Source: an uncultured virus (IMG/VR IMGVR_UViG_3300010885_062120)
Taxonomy: Duplodnaviria; Heunggongvirae; Uroviricota; Caudoviricetes
Length of the DNA stretch: 64,000 nucleotides
Strand: one strand, 5' to 3'
IMG/VR virus record: IMGVR_UViG_3300010885_062120
Part shown: positions 48,811-57,870 of the stretch, piece after piece
Numbering within the stretch: position 1 is the stretch's first letter
How the letters are laid out: the number at the start of each line of letters is the position of its first letter
Notes under the pieces: model-generated
The model's database searches: none
The model's input: the letters and a program-made list of their open reading frames with translations, nothing else
Told to the model about the DNA's origin: nothing
Position numbers and translations under genes: made by a program

Positions 48811-49632
48811 CTATTGCTTGCGGCGTCTTACAGAGCCTTTCTTTTGCTGTGCTTCTTCTGCATCATAAGCATCTCCGTCCTCTTCAAGAACATCGATCTC
48901 TTCAGCATATGGTAGCTCAGGGTTTAAGTCTGCTTGTGCAACCATTCCAGCATATGTACTACCCGCAAGGCGTGAATCTCTATTTAAATTTGTTAAAGCC
49001 GACTGACCTGGAAATCTAGCCTCACCATCAACAGAAGGAACAGCATAAGTCGCTCTACCTCTATTAGGATCTCCAGACCAAACGCCAGAATTGACACTAT
49101 TCATAGTATTACGCACGATATCTGGATTTTCCTGTACCATTTGACCAAAATCACGAGCTGTCAAAGTACGACCTTGCGAGGCATAAACTGTTCTCATATT
49201 CTGGAAAGCTTGAGCGTATGAGCTATGATCATTGGCAAAACCAGCAGTTGAAACCAACCCACTCTTGTTCTGCCCACCAGCTCTAGCTGCATCAAAAGTA
49301 TCTGCTACAACTTGCTTACCATCAATGTTGACAACTGATGTCTGTCTTTGATTAGCTTCTTTGCGCTGTTCAGCTTGCAATAAAGCAATTTCCATTTCAA
49401 GAAGCTGATCTGCTTCTTCTCTGCTAATCTTTACGATTGTGCCTAAAGCTAAAGACTTTCTTACGTCTCTTGACTTCTTGAGAGCAAGGGGATCTTCTGT
49501 CAATAGATCCTTGACCTCATATGGCTCAAAATGCAGACCCATATCTGTGATGTAGTGATGCCCAGGTGTAACATTCTGAACAAAAAACGACTCTTCTGTC
49601 TCAGGTGAGACAGCTGGTAACATGTTATTCAT
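48811..49632 (-). CDS. Hypothetical phage protein (head module context)
   Basis: AAGGA SD; 273 aa. Confidence 0.65.
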   Translation of the reverse strand: MNNMLPAVSPETEESFFVQNVTPGHHYITDMGLHFEPYEVKDLLTEDPLALKKSRDVRKSLALGTIVKISREEADQLLEMEIALLQAEQRKEANQRQTSVVNIDGKQVVADTFDAARAGGQNKSGLVSTAGFANDHSSYAQAFQNMRTVYASQGRTLTARDFGQMVQENPDIVRNTMNSVNSGVWSGDPNRGRATYAVPSVDGEARFPGQSALTNLNRDSRLAGSTYAGMVAQADLNPELPYAEEIDVLEEDGDAYDAEEAQQKKGSVRRRKQ

Positions 49633-49683
49633 AATTAATTTTCCTTTTTATTTTTTGGAATTAAGCATTTCTGCTAAGTCAGA

Positions 49684-49709
49684 TTTCTACTTTTTAAGAT
49701 GAAATTCCT
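49684..49709 (-). promoter_or_regulatory. Putative phage promoter AGG-N17-TAGAAA
   Basis: Exact 17-nt spacing; upstream of the 49632 gene. Confidence 0.55.
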
Positions 49710-49712
49710 GTT

Positions 49713-50060
49713 TTACTTTCTCTTTTTTGAAGATGGGCCTTTCCAAACAGACTTATCATATTCTCCGCCAGTCCAAAGTTCGTTAGATTGACCCTCTCTG
49801 CTGTTTGGGCCAAACTCCTTTTTCCTTTTATCTCTGGCATCCTTCATATAAGCACCCATGTCTTTTCTACCACTTTTAACTCCAGCATTTTTCTCAGCTG
49901 CAGTTAAACCCATATGGAAGGCAGCCAAACCAGGAACCTTCTTTGTGTTTTCTGAACTGCACTCTTCACAAGGCCATTTTTCAGAAGTAGATTTTTCGAA
50001 TGTTGTGAAAACTTCAAATTCACATTCACAATCGCTGCAATTAAACGCGTAAATTGGCAT
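49713..50060 (-). CDS. FmdB-family zinc ribbon protein
   Basis: MPIYAFNCSDC..FEV....CEECSS; GGAGG SD. Confidence 0.85.
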   Translation of the reverse strand: MPIYAFNCSDCECEFEVFTTFEKSTSEKWPCEECSSENTKKVPGLAAFHMGLTAAEKNAGVKSGRKDMGAYMKDARDKRKKEFGPNSREGQSNELWTGGEYDKSVWKGPSSKKRK

Positions 50061-50148
50061 AAAATTCCTCCATAAAACTATTTGTACAACTAATACAAAT
50101 GAAGGTATTTGTTATTGTTTTAATAATAAATACAATAGGTTAAATATA

Positions 50149-50328
50149 ATGGAAACAAGTAAAAACCCTGTTAAAACAGAGAGTATGTATTGCGTTAAAT
50201 GTCGCATGAAAGTTATCGTAACTGGCCCCGAGAAAATATCTTGGCCAAATAACAGACATGCTATTGAAGGACATTGTCCACATTGCAACACAAAAACATA
50301 CAAAGTAGTAAAGTCTGATTGGGCATAA
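50149..50328 (+). CDS. 59-aa zinc-binding protein, DUF5679-like
   Basis: Not in ORF track: METSKNPVKTESMYCVKCRMK...NNRHAIEGHCPHCNTKTYKVVKSDWA. Confidence 0.8.
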   Translation: METSKNPVKTESMYCVKCRMKVIVTGPEKISWPNNRHAIEGHCPHCNTKTYKVVKSDWA

Positions 50329-50341
50329 GGGGAGGCAAACC

Positions 50342-50647
50342 ATGGGTCTTAATTTAGGCAATTTTTTTATCAAAAAACCACTTAGGTGGGCTTTTTCACA
50401 AGTTTTTGGAAGCAAAGCTAAGTCTTGGTTTGATTCAAATGTATCTGGCGTCATTGACATTGCTATGGCTACTGGAATCTTTAACTATGAGACAGCTGTT
50501 GAAAAATTCTTAGATGGCAACTTCGTAGATGGGCTTTTAAAGCAAGCTTCTACAAGTGTAGGTATTCCTAAGAAATATGAAGGCGTTGCAAAAGATTTTA
50601 TTAAATCAGAAATTGAAAAGCAGATTAAAGCTAAATTTAATAAATAA
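50342..50647 (+). CDS. Hypothetical protein
   Basis: GGAGG SD; followed by a terminator. Confidence 0.75.
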   Translation: MGLNLGNFFIKKPLRWAFSQVFGSKAKSWFDSNVSGVIDIAMATGIFNYETAVEKFLDGNFVDGLLKQASTSVGIPKKYEGVAKDFIKSEIEKQIKAKFNK

Positions 50648-50667
50648 TTTTTACTCAATTGTTATTT

Positions 50668-50700
50668 AAGACCGCGAAATTTTTCGCGGTCTTTTTGTTT
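50668..50700 (+). terminator. Rho-independent terminator
   Basis: aagaccgcgaa / ttcgcggtctt stem followed by a T-rich tract. Confidence 0.85.
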
Positions 50701-50715
50701 TGTATAAATTTTATT

Positions 50716-52227
50716 ATGTCACTCGAAGTAATTTTAGAAGCAAAATATATAAATATTTTCAAAATGCAATTTGATTATCTTTTGAAAAATAAAGATAAAA
50801 TTAATTTTGTTCATATTATTAATAGCTCATCAGATCAGACCCTTAGTGGAGACATTTATATTTGCAAAATTAAACATTTTGATTGGGTAAAATTACATAA
50901 AAGACAAGCTGATAAATTAGAATTTTTATCTAAAAATTTTAATAACAAAAATGTAAATTATATTTACTTCTCTGAATTTGTATGCTGGCAAGCTAAAAAC
51001 TTTATTGAAGAATTTTACCAGCAAATAAAAGATTCGAAAGAAGTGGTTTTGCCACAGATTTTCAATAGTGAAAGAAATGTTTTTTTACATCAAGTTAATG
51101 GGCATTTGAAAACTTTCACATTTAGGCCATGGGACGATGAGTACATTGACACATTGAAGTCAGAGACTTGGGATCCATTAGTATTTCATTACCTCCACAA
51201 TAATTATATTAATTTAATTAAATTTAATAATTTTGATAAAATTAATTTTAATAAATATTACTTCAATAACAAAGAGACTAAGCAATGTTTATTAATTGGA
51301 TGGAATGGCAATTTAGAAAAAGATAAAAAATGGTGCATTGTTGGCAATGTGCATTCGGCGATAATAGCTCCAAATGAAAATATATATAATTTTTTATTAG
51401 AATCTAACTATGTAGATAAATATATAGAATATTTCAAAAGGCAATTCGATCCAATACATATTCAGTTGCATTTTGATTTGGAATACCCTGATGACCCTAA
51501 AGAATTATTTCAACTTTCATTTGACTTTGACGTGAGTGATAAAAATATAAATTTTGTATTTCCAAAGCACACTATCAAATTTGCTATAAACTCACATATA
51601 TCTCAAGATGTAAAGGTAGTTGACAACCTAATTTACAGCTTGACCAAACTAAACAAAATTAATCCTACCAATATCATAGTTGTAATAGGTGGCTGTGTAG
51701 AATCTAAGCGAGAAATTAAAGATGGTATTGTTTACCAATATGTAGACCATAACTCATATGACCACACCGCACTGATATCCATTGTCGAAGAAGGATATGA
51801 ATCTGATTATTGGTTATGCTTGCACGACACTTGTGAGGCTGGTAAAAACTTTTATAATAATTTATTAAAGCACCCAAAGAGTATGTTTTCAGCCATATTA
51901 GAAGAAGGCTGGCTTAATATGGGTTTATTTTCGAAAGAGTTTATTTTAAATAATAAAAAATATATTTTAAGCTTGAAGAATTGTAATAAAATGCAAGCTA
52001 TATTAAGTGAGCAAATGTATTCCAGAATGGGAGATCCGTCTTTTATAAACTCAAGAGCAAGAACTCAACTAAAGGGAAAAACAGATATTTACAATGACGG
52101 AATTGAAAGATTAATTATTTATTTTGCAGATCTTGATCTTTATAAATATCAATCATTTCATTACAATTCGGAAAGCACAAGATTATTGAAGGAAAAATAT
52201 CTATTAGATATTCATAAATTAACCTAA
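50716..52227 (+). CDS. Putative glycosyltransferase-like protein (GT-A fold domains)
   Basis: C-terminal IIVVIGG..HNSYDHTAL..WLCLHDTC; ATG 50716 preferred because the TTG start lies across the terminator. Confidence 0.5.
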   Translation: MSLEVILEAKYINIFKMQFDYLLKNKDKINFVHIINSSSDQTLSGDIYICKIKHFDWVKLHKRQADKLEFLSKNFNNKNVNYIYFSEFVCWQAKNFIEEFYQQIKDSKEVVLPQIFNSERNVFLHQVNGHLKTFTFRPWDDEYIDTLKSETWDPLVFHYLHNNYINLIKFNNFDKINFNKYYFNNKETKQCLLIGWNGNLEKDKKWCIVGNVHSAIIAPNENIYNFLLESNYVDKYIEYFKRQFDPIHIQLHFDLEYPDDPKELFQLSFDFDVSDKNINFVFPKHTIKFAINSHISQDVKVVDNLIYSLTKLNKINPTNIIVVIGGCVESKREIKDGIVYQYVDHNSYDHTALISIVEEGYESDYWLCLHDTCEAGKNFYNNLLKHPKSMFSAILEEGWLNMGLFSKEFILNNKKYILSLKNCNKMQAILSEQMYSRMGDPSFINSRARTQLKGKTDIYNDGIERLIIYFADLDLYKYQSFHYNSESTRLLKEKYLLDIHKLT

Positions 52228-54032
52228 TGTACTTAAAAGAAATAAATAATTTTTATAAAAAATCTCAATATGGAGAAATTGGCACAGAAGGCCAGCTGGG
52301 TTATGATGGACATTTAATATCTGTTCAAGAAAGATATTATGAAAATTCTATAAGTGCTCATCCTCCAAGTGTTTTGATTTATGATTTAAATAAAGAGTTC
52401 AATAATATAACTTGTGAAGTTGGATTAAATGACACTTCGCACCCTGATGCTTCCGCTGATTTTTATATATATGCAGACAATAATCTTGTTGCTTGTTGCT
52501 ACAATGTTGTAGCTAAAGAAAAGCCAAGAAAAATCAATGCAAATATAAATTATTGTGAAAAATTAAGACTAGAGATTAAAACAAGTAATCCTGTATTTAC
52601 TCACGCAATTTGGTTGGATCCTATTGTCAGTGTGTCAAATAATCTAATTGTTGGTTCTATGGGCGAAATTTATATTGACAATCCACAAATAGAAAATCAT
52701 TATGACATTTGTGTTACCACCTGTATTTCGCCCGAATATATAAAATTTGCTATACCATTTCTAGAATCATTTAAAATTAATTCAAATTTAAATTCCTATA
52801 AAATAATTTTATTTACATTAGATATCAATGAAGAAATTATAAATATTGCTGAAGATTATAATTGTTTAATTATAAATTGCAAATTTGCCAATAACAAAGG
52901 CTTCTTTTTTAAAACAGCAATGTATTCTGTGGCAAAAGTTATTGATGCAGATAAATATTTATTAATTGATATAGATACAGTTGTCCAAAAACCCATTGAT
53001 CAGGTGTTCGATAGTATGAACATCATATCAAGAAATAATATCTTAATGACTAGAGAAGAACAGGTGCATTATAACGAGAGCATAGGTTCTGCAATAACCA
53101 CAAATGAATGGCCTTATTTTGGATTCCCAGAAGATGCAAATTTATTAAGATTGAAAGATAAGGATTTTAATTTTAAATTTGTATGTAATGGTGGAGTTAT
53201 ACTTGGATTTAAAGAATCTATTCTTGGGTTAGAAGATATGATTAGATCTTTTATGCCATATTCTAAGCAGTGGGAATCTTTAAATAAAAATGTATTTTGG
53301 AGAGAACAAGGCATATTAAACTTGGCTATTAGCAGAATGAACTCTGTGCTATCACTTGACAAATCATACAATTATCAACTACTGCACAGAGACATTGAAG
53401 AAAGCATTGATGCTCATATCTTGCATTTTAATGGAGAGAATGGCAAAAAGCAATTTAATAAATTTAAATTAAAAAAATATAAGCACAATAAAATAATCAA
53501 TCAGGATATAGAGCTTTTATTTAATAGATTTAATTGTATGCATTCAAATAGTTTTAAGATACAAGACAAAATTAATTTAAATTTTATTAATTTTAATTTA
53601 CCTTTTAATTTTGAAACAGTTGCCTTAGCGGGCGATAACTTTGGAGCTTATTCAGCAAAATTCATAATTGATAATAAAAAAGTTGTGAAGTTTGAATGGA
53701 AAAATGAATATAAAAATTTTAAATTATATGATTATCTTGATAAATCAAATCTTGAAATAGTTCATGATCCAGACAAAAATGTATCTTTCTGCAAAAAAGT
53801 TGACTTGCTTATAATTGAATGCAATGAATCAGAACAAAGAACCTTATCTTTATTTTTAATTTTTAAAGACATTCTCAAAGAAGATGGCAGATTATTTATA
53901 ATTGATTCACCTAAACATGACAATATATACATAAAAGAAAGAATTAAAGATAAAAATTATGAATTAATAGAATATGAAACCTTCTTTGAAGTAAAAATGA
54001 ATCAACAAAATCCAGCAGACGAAGAGAAATAA
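52227..54032 (+). CDS. NPCBM/NEW2 carbohydrate-binding domain plus GT8-like glycosyltransferase plus degenerate methyltransferase-like tail
   Basis: YL...G.....SAH.PS.LIYDL...VGLND...AIWLDP; LIDIDT (DxD), NGGVI, EQGILN, YN, ILHFNG. Confidence 0.75.
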   Translation: MYLKEINNFYKKSQYGEIGTEGQLGYDGHLISVQERYYENSISAHPPSVLIYDLNKEFNNITCEVGLNDTSHPDASADFYIYADNNLVACCYNVVAKEKPRKINANINYCEKLRLEIKTSNPVFTHAIWLDPIVSVSNNLIVGSMGEIYIDNPQIENHYDICVTTCISPEYIKFAIPFLESFKINSNLNSYKIILFTLDINEEIINIAEDYNCLIINCKFANNKGFFFKTAMYSVAKVIDADKYLLIDIDTVVQKPIDQVFDSMNIISRNNILMTREEQVHYNESIGSAITTNEWPYFGFPEDANLLRLKDKDFNFKFVCNGGVILGFKESILGLEDMIRSFMPYSKQWESLNKNVFWREQGILNLAISRMNSVLSLDKSYNYQLLHRDIEESIDAHILHFNGENGKKQFNKFKLKKYKHNKIINQDIELLFNRFNCMHSNSFKIQDKINLNFINFNLPFNFETVALAGDNFGAYSAKFIIDNKKVVKFEWKNEYKNFKLYDYLDKSNLEIVHDPDKNVSFCKKVDLLIIECNESEQRTLSLFLIFKDILKEDGRLFIIDSPKHDNIYIKERIKDKNYELIEYETFFEVKMNQQNPADEEK

Positions 54033-54033
54033 A

Positions 54034-55143
54034 ATGTTAGAAATACAAAAGTATTTTACCAATGGTGGCACACTTAGAGAACTGAGACAAAAATATTCTA
54101 TCAGATATGTACCTTGCGCACCACTTAATCTTGTAAGCTTGAACTGCCAGCTTATGAGCCCTAAAGACATCCAGATGGTTAATGAGTGCAGATCTCTCTT
54201 CTTAAACCCTGAAGATTGGGCTGTTGCTTTCAAGGGTATAAATAATTTTTTCGATATTAACTCACCTGAAGGCCAAGAAACAAATAAAATATTTGATTGG
54301 AATTTAGCTAGAGCATATGAAAAATTAGACGGGGCAATGATTTGTATTTATTTTTACAATGGTGCTTGGAGAATAGGATCTAGATTTTCACCCGATGGAG
54401 GTTGGCTTGCTTTTGGAGTTGGAAGTCAAGAAAGTAATTTAAGCTGGAAAGAACTTACAATCAAAACCATAGAAGAAATGGGAATCAGTATAGATGACTT
54501 CTATAATTCATTAGATAAAAATATTTTTTATTCTTATGAAATTTGCACCCAGGATAATCAAGTTGGAGTAGTTTATAAAGATAACTTTTTGAAGCTCATA
54601 GCTGCTGTAGACAAAAACACACTGGAAGAATTAGATATTGAAACATTAGATTCTGTTGCACTAAAAGCTAGCTATCATATTGTTAACTCAAGTGATGAAG
54701 TAAATGACTTAATCAATGATGCAGAAGCTCATGAGATTGAAGGATTTGTAGTTTGTGATAAAAATTTTAATAGAATGAAAATTTACAATCCTAATTACCT
54801 CAAGGCTATGAACTCATTCAAATTCGGTAATCCAGTTGAAGCACTTGCAAATTTAGTAAGTATTTTTGTAGTTGCTGCATCATACTATGTTTACATGGGT
54901 CCATTGTCTCTTGATGACAGCATAAATATGTCAAACGACAATATGCTTTCTAGACTTATAATCCTTGGTGACTGGATGATATCGGCGTCAGAGAGTAATT
55001 CCACAGATCTATTTCCATTTTGGCCAGAAGCCTTCTCTAGAATAAATTCAGGGGATGCATTCGTTGATATCATTCAAGACTATGATAATGATTTTTTATT
55101 AGCCAAAATTAACCAGTTTGAAAATAGCTATTTGAATTTCTAA
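54034..55143 (+). CDS. T4 Rnl1-like RNA ligase
   Basis: ECRSL, KFF-like NNFF, EKLDG (motif I), YSYEI, EGFVV (IV), RMKI (V). Confidence 0.8.
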   Translation: MLEIQKYFTNGGTLRELRQKYSIRYVPCAPLNLVSLNCQLMSPKDIQMVNECRSLFLNPEDWAVAFKGINNFFDINSPEGQETNKIFDWNLARAYEKLDGAMICIYFYNGAWRIGSRFSPDGGWLAFGVGSQESNLSWKELTIKTIEEMGISIDDFYNSLDKNIFYSYEICTQDNQVGVVYKDNFLKLIAAVDKNTLEELDIETLDSVALKASYHIVNSSDEVNDLINDAEAHEIEGFVVCDKNFNRMKIYNPNYLKAMNSFKFGNPVEALANLVSIFVVAASYYVYMGPLSLDDSINMSNDNMLSRLIILGDWMISASESNSTDLFPFWPEAFSRINSGDAFVDIIQDYDNDFLLAKINQFENSYLNF

Positions 55144-56686
55144 TAGAATTTAAATAATATTTACTGTGCAAAAATAAAATTAAATTATCTGGATAAGTAT
55201 GTAATGGACTCATGTTAAGCCATATCAAAGCTGACAATACCCTAATTTTATCTAAATCAAAATTATTTTCACTGATCCACGATTCATAAATAGACAAGGC
55301 TTTAAGCAAAGATTTTCTTGTCTCAATAGAATAATCATAATAATTATCTTTTATTTGTATTGTCCATGAAAATTTATCAATTAAAGAATAGTCGAAATTC
55401 AAACAAGCATAAAGCTTAGATAAATCATAATAAATATCACCATATTGAGAGTTCCCAGAAAAATCTTCTCGCCAATCTATTAATGTAAACTTTCCATTGT
55501 TAAATATTATGTTTTGAAATTGCAAATCGCCATGAAATTTTACAGGTACACCTTGGGAAAGTTTATCAAAATTAATTGATGCTAATAATTCACCTGTGGG
55601 TGAGCAAGGCATTCCATTAATATGGCAAACATCATCTTTCACAAAATTAATTTTTTCATATCTCTGATATGTTTTATCGTGATAAAACTCGTAACATAGC
55701 TTACTAAATTTTAAATCGCTAACAGGTTTCCAAAGTTTATCTTGAAGCCAAAGCAATAAATCAAAAATAAATTCAGGATTTTCGTCTTGATACATCTCTG
55801 CACCATCTACCCAATCATATGCAATTATGTTATCAGATTTGTATTTAATATCAGGAACCAAACCACGCAGATCAAAAGCCCTAGAGTACCTACGGTCATT
55901 CTTTAATTTATCATTACATATTTTCACAATAGTTTTGTTTTCAAAGAATGTGTGTTCGGTGATAATCTTTGACATACCAAGTGATTGATAGCCATACTTG
56001 GATAAGGTCTCATTATAACCCTCAATACTGCCTGTGTCGTTCCATGTAAGGCCCACAGAGACAAATTTATCATATAGATGAGGTTCGTACCATCCAGCTA
56101 CAAATTCAACCTCTTTTTCGGAAGATTTATATTTATCAATGATTGACCAGAAAACTAGAGGTGTATGTATATAAGCAATTCCAATAAATGCATTATCATA
56201 GCCTTGTGGATGTTTATTAATAAATTTTAAAATATTATTTTGATCATCAATCTGAGCAGTAGAATAAAGTTTAGGATTATCAGTCTTAGATGTACCAATC
56301 CAGTCGTATTCTAATTGTGGAACTGATTCATCAAACAAACAATCAACTGTAGATAAATAAAATTTACTAGAACCAATATATGGTTTGCATTGTAAAAGTG
56401 AATATCCAGGTCCTGAACCAGGTTTATCAAAATTATCAATATGAACAAATGTAATATTTCTATCTTGGTGTACTGCTTTACAATAAGATTCAACTAGATC
56501 AGCTTTATATCCAAGGGCTAATATTATTTCATATTCTTTGGGAAATTTATTTATAATAGTACTTAGGGCAGTTGTATTGCCTATAGGCAAAAGAGCTTTA
56601 CCAAGGTTCTCAGATAGTGAACCAAGTCTACTTCCTGTGCCAGCAGCGAGTATACAAAGTTTAGTTGAATTAAGAATATTGTTCAT
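55109..56686 (-). CDS. Sugar nucleotidyltransferase fused to APH/choline-kinase-like phosphotransferase
   Basis: ILAAGTGSRL, KALLP, WNDTG; then HGDL..NI, LIDW, GDIYYDLSKL. Confidence 0.85.
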   Translation of the reverse strand: MNNILNSTKLCILAAGTGSRLGSLSENLGKALLPIGNTTALSTIINKFPKEYEIILALGYKADLVESYCKAVHQDRNITFVHIDNFDKPGSGPGYSLLQCKPYIGSSKFYLSTVDCLFDESVPQLEYDWIGTSKTDNPKLYSTAQIDDQNNILKFINKHPQGYDNAFIGIAYIHTPLVFWSIIDKYKSSEKEVEFVAGWYEPHLYDKFVSVGLTWNDTGSIEGYNETLSKYGYQSLGMSKIITEHTFFENKTIVKICNDKLKNDRRYSRAFDLRGLVPDIKYKSDNIIAYDWVDGAEMYQDENPEFIFDLLLWLQDKLWKPVSDLKFSKLCYEFYHDKTYQRYEKINFVKDDVCHINGMPCSPTGELLASINFDKLSQGVPVKFHGDLQFQNIIFNNGKFTLIDWREDFSGNSQYGDIYYDLSKLYACLNFDYSLIDKFSWTIQIKDNYYDYSIETRKSLLKALSIYESWISENNFDLDKIRVLSALIWLNMSPLHTYPDNLILFLHSKYYLNSIRNSNSYFQTG

Positions 56687-56711
56687 GGTTGAAGGTAAAT
56701 ATCATTTTTTT

Positions 56712-56739
56712 TGTAAAATATCTAAATAGATATTATACA
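56712..56739. promoter_or_regulatory. Palindrome made of two opposed -10-like cores between divergent genes
   Basis: tgtaaaatatcta-aa-tagatattataca (12 of 13 match). Confidence 0.55.
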
Positions 56740-56814
56740 TATATTCTAATATAGAATACCTAAATATAGGGGTTCAAAAAACTGACTAAAATATCGTTTA
56801 AGTTAGGGAAACAA

Positions 56815-57150
56815 ATGGAAAAAGATTTCATCAATAACGTAGCTTTAAATTTAAGACAAAGCGGAAACACAGAGCTTGCGAGAAAATGGGTAAAATTAGC
56901 GCAAGAGATGGGATACGGTGAAGATACCATTAACCCAATGACAGGCTATAATGGGAACCCAATGATTGAGAATTTTGCAAGGCCAGTATCTTCTGAAGTC
57001 AAAACAAATGAACATACATGTTCTGTCACTTTCACTGCACCTGATGATATCACAGAAGACAAAATGATGGAATACATCACAAATATCAAAAGTGCGCTTC
57101 CAGGTGTTGTTGTTGGTGGCTTTAAATGGTCTGTTAAATCTAAGAAATAA
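56815..57150 (+). CDS. Hypothetical protein
   Basis: AGGGA SD; KWVKLAQ motif. Confidence 0.75.
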   Translation: MEKDFINNVALNLRQSGNTELARKWVKLAQEMGYGEDTINPMTGYNGNPMIENFARPVSSEVKTNEHTCSVTFTAPDDITEDKMMEYITNIKSALPGVVVGGFKWSVKSKK

Positions 57151-57176
57151 TTTGTATAAATCTTATTGATTATGCC

Positions 57177-57208
57177 AAGCCCGCTTAATCGCGGGCTTTT
57201 ATTATTTT
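57177..57208 (+). terminator. Rho-independent terminator
   Basis: aagcccgc-ttaatc-gcgggctt followed by ttattatttt. Confidence 0.8.
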
Positions 57209-57219
57209 GGAGAAAATTA

Positions 57220-57822
57220 ATGAGTGAAGATCTACCTGTTAACAGAATGTCTTTTAGAGCAGATAAGCAAACAGAACTATTAAATTTAAAGAAAAATCAA
57301 TTTGGACATACAGTAGCAAGTGAATCTTCTGATGAATCTACAACTGACAATGTAAAACTTAGATTTGGAGGATCTGGAACAGGAATTGTTGCACATGTTG
57401 ATCTGTTTGATTCGCCTCATTTAAAGAAATTTATTCAGGATAGCGATTTAGATGGCATGGACATTCCTGAAGATCAAGATGTAGAAGAAATTGATTTATC
57501 AGAAGAAGAAATTATTCCAACTGAAGACATTATTAATTTCAATAAAGAAAGGCCATCTACATTAGAAGAATTTGATGTTTATGCAAATTCTATACTGGGT
57601 GTTCCTACTCCACAACCCGTTAATAATGCTGTAAAAAAGACATTTGCTTCTACTTCTGCTTCTAAGCCATGTAGTTATTGCAATTGCAAAATTAAAAAAG
57701 ATGCAAAGTTTTGCTCAAATTGTGGATCTCCACAAACACAAGCTCAGTTTTGTAAGAATTGTGGCAACAAATTTCTTGCTCAAGAAAACTTTTGTTCTGA
57801 ATGTGGGACTAAAAGAGAATAG
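57220..57822 (+). CDS. Acidic protein with C-terminal double zinc ribbon
   Basis: CSYC..FCSNCG..FCKNCG..FCSECG; ATG 57220 after GGAGA preferred over TTG 57166. Confidence 0.8.
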   Translation: MSEDLPVNRMSFRADKQTELLNLKKNQFGHTVASESSDESTTDNVKLRFGGSGTGIVAHVDLFDSPHLKKFIQDSDLDGMDIPEDQDVEEIDLSEEEIIPTEDIINFNKERPSTLEEFDVYANSILGVPTPQPVNNAVKKTFASTSASKPCSYCNCKIKKDAKFCSNCGSPQTQAQFCKNCGNKFLAQENFCSECGTKRE

Positions 57823-57863
57823 GTTACTTTACTTCAAATGTAGAAAATTTGAAGAAGGAGTAA
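57821..57863 (+). promoter_or_regulatory. Putative phage promoter AGG-N17-TAGAAA embedded in an SD-sequestering hairpin
   Basis: cttcaaat/atttgaag stem plus outer ttacttt/ggagtaa pairing. Confidence 0.6.
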
Positions 57864-57870
57864 ATTTCTT

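Noticed and set aside
50112..50460. Minus-strand ORFs 50112..50303 and 50140..50460
   Set aside because: Antisense to two better supported plus-strand genes.
50659..57219. TTG starts at 50659 and 57166
   Set aside because: The extensions run through terminator hairpins; downstream ATGs fit better.
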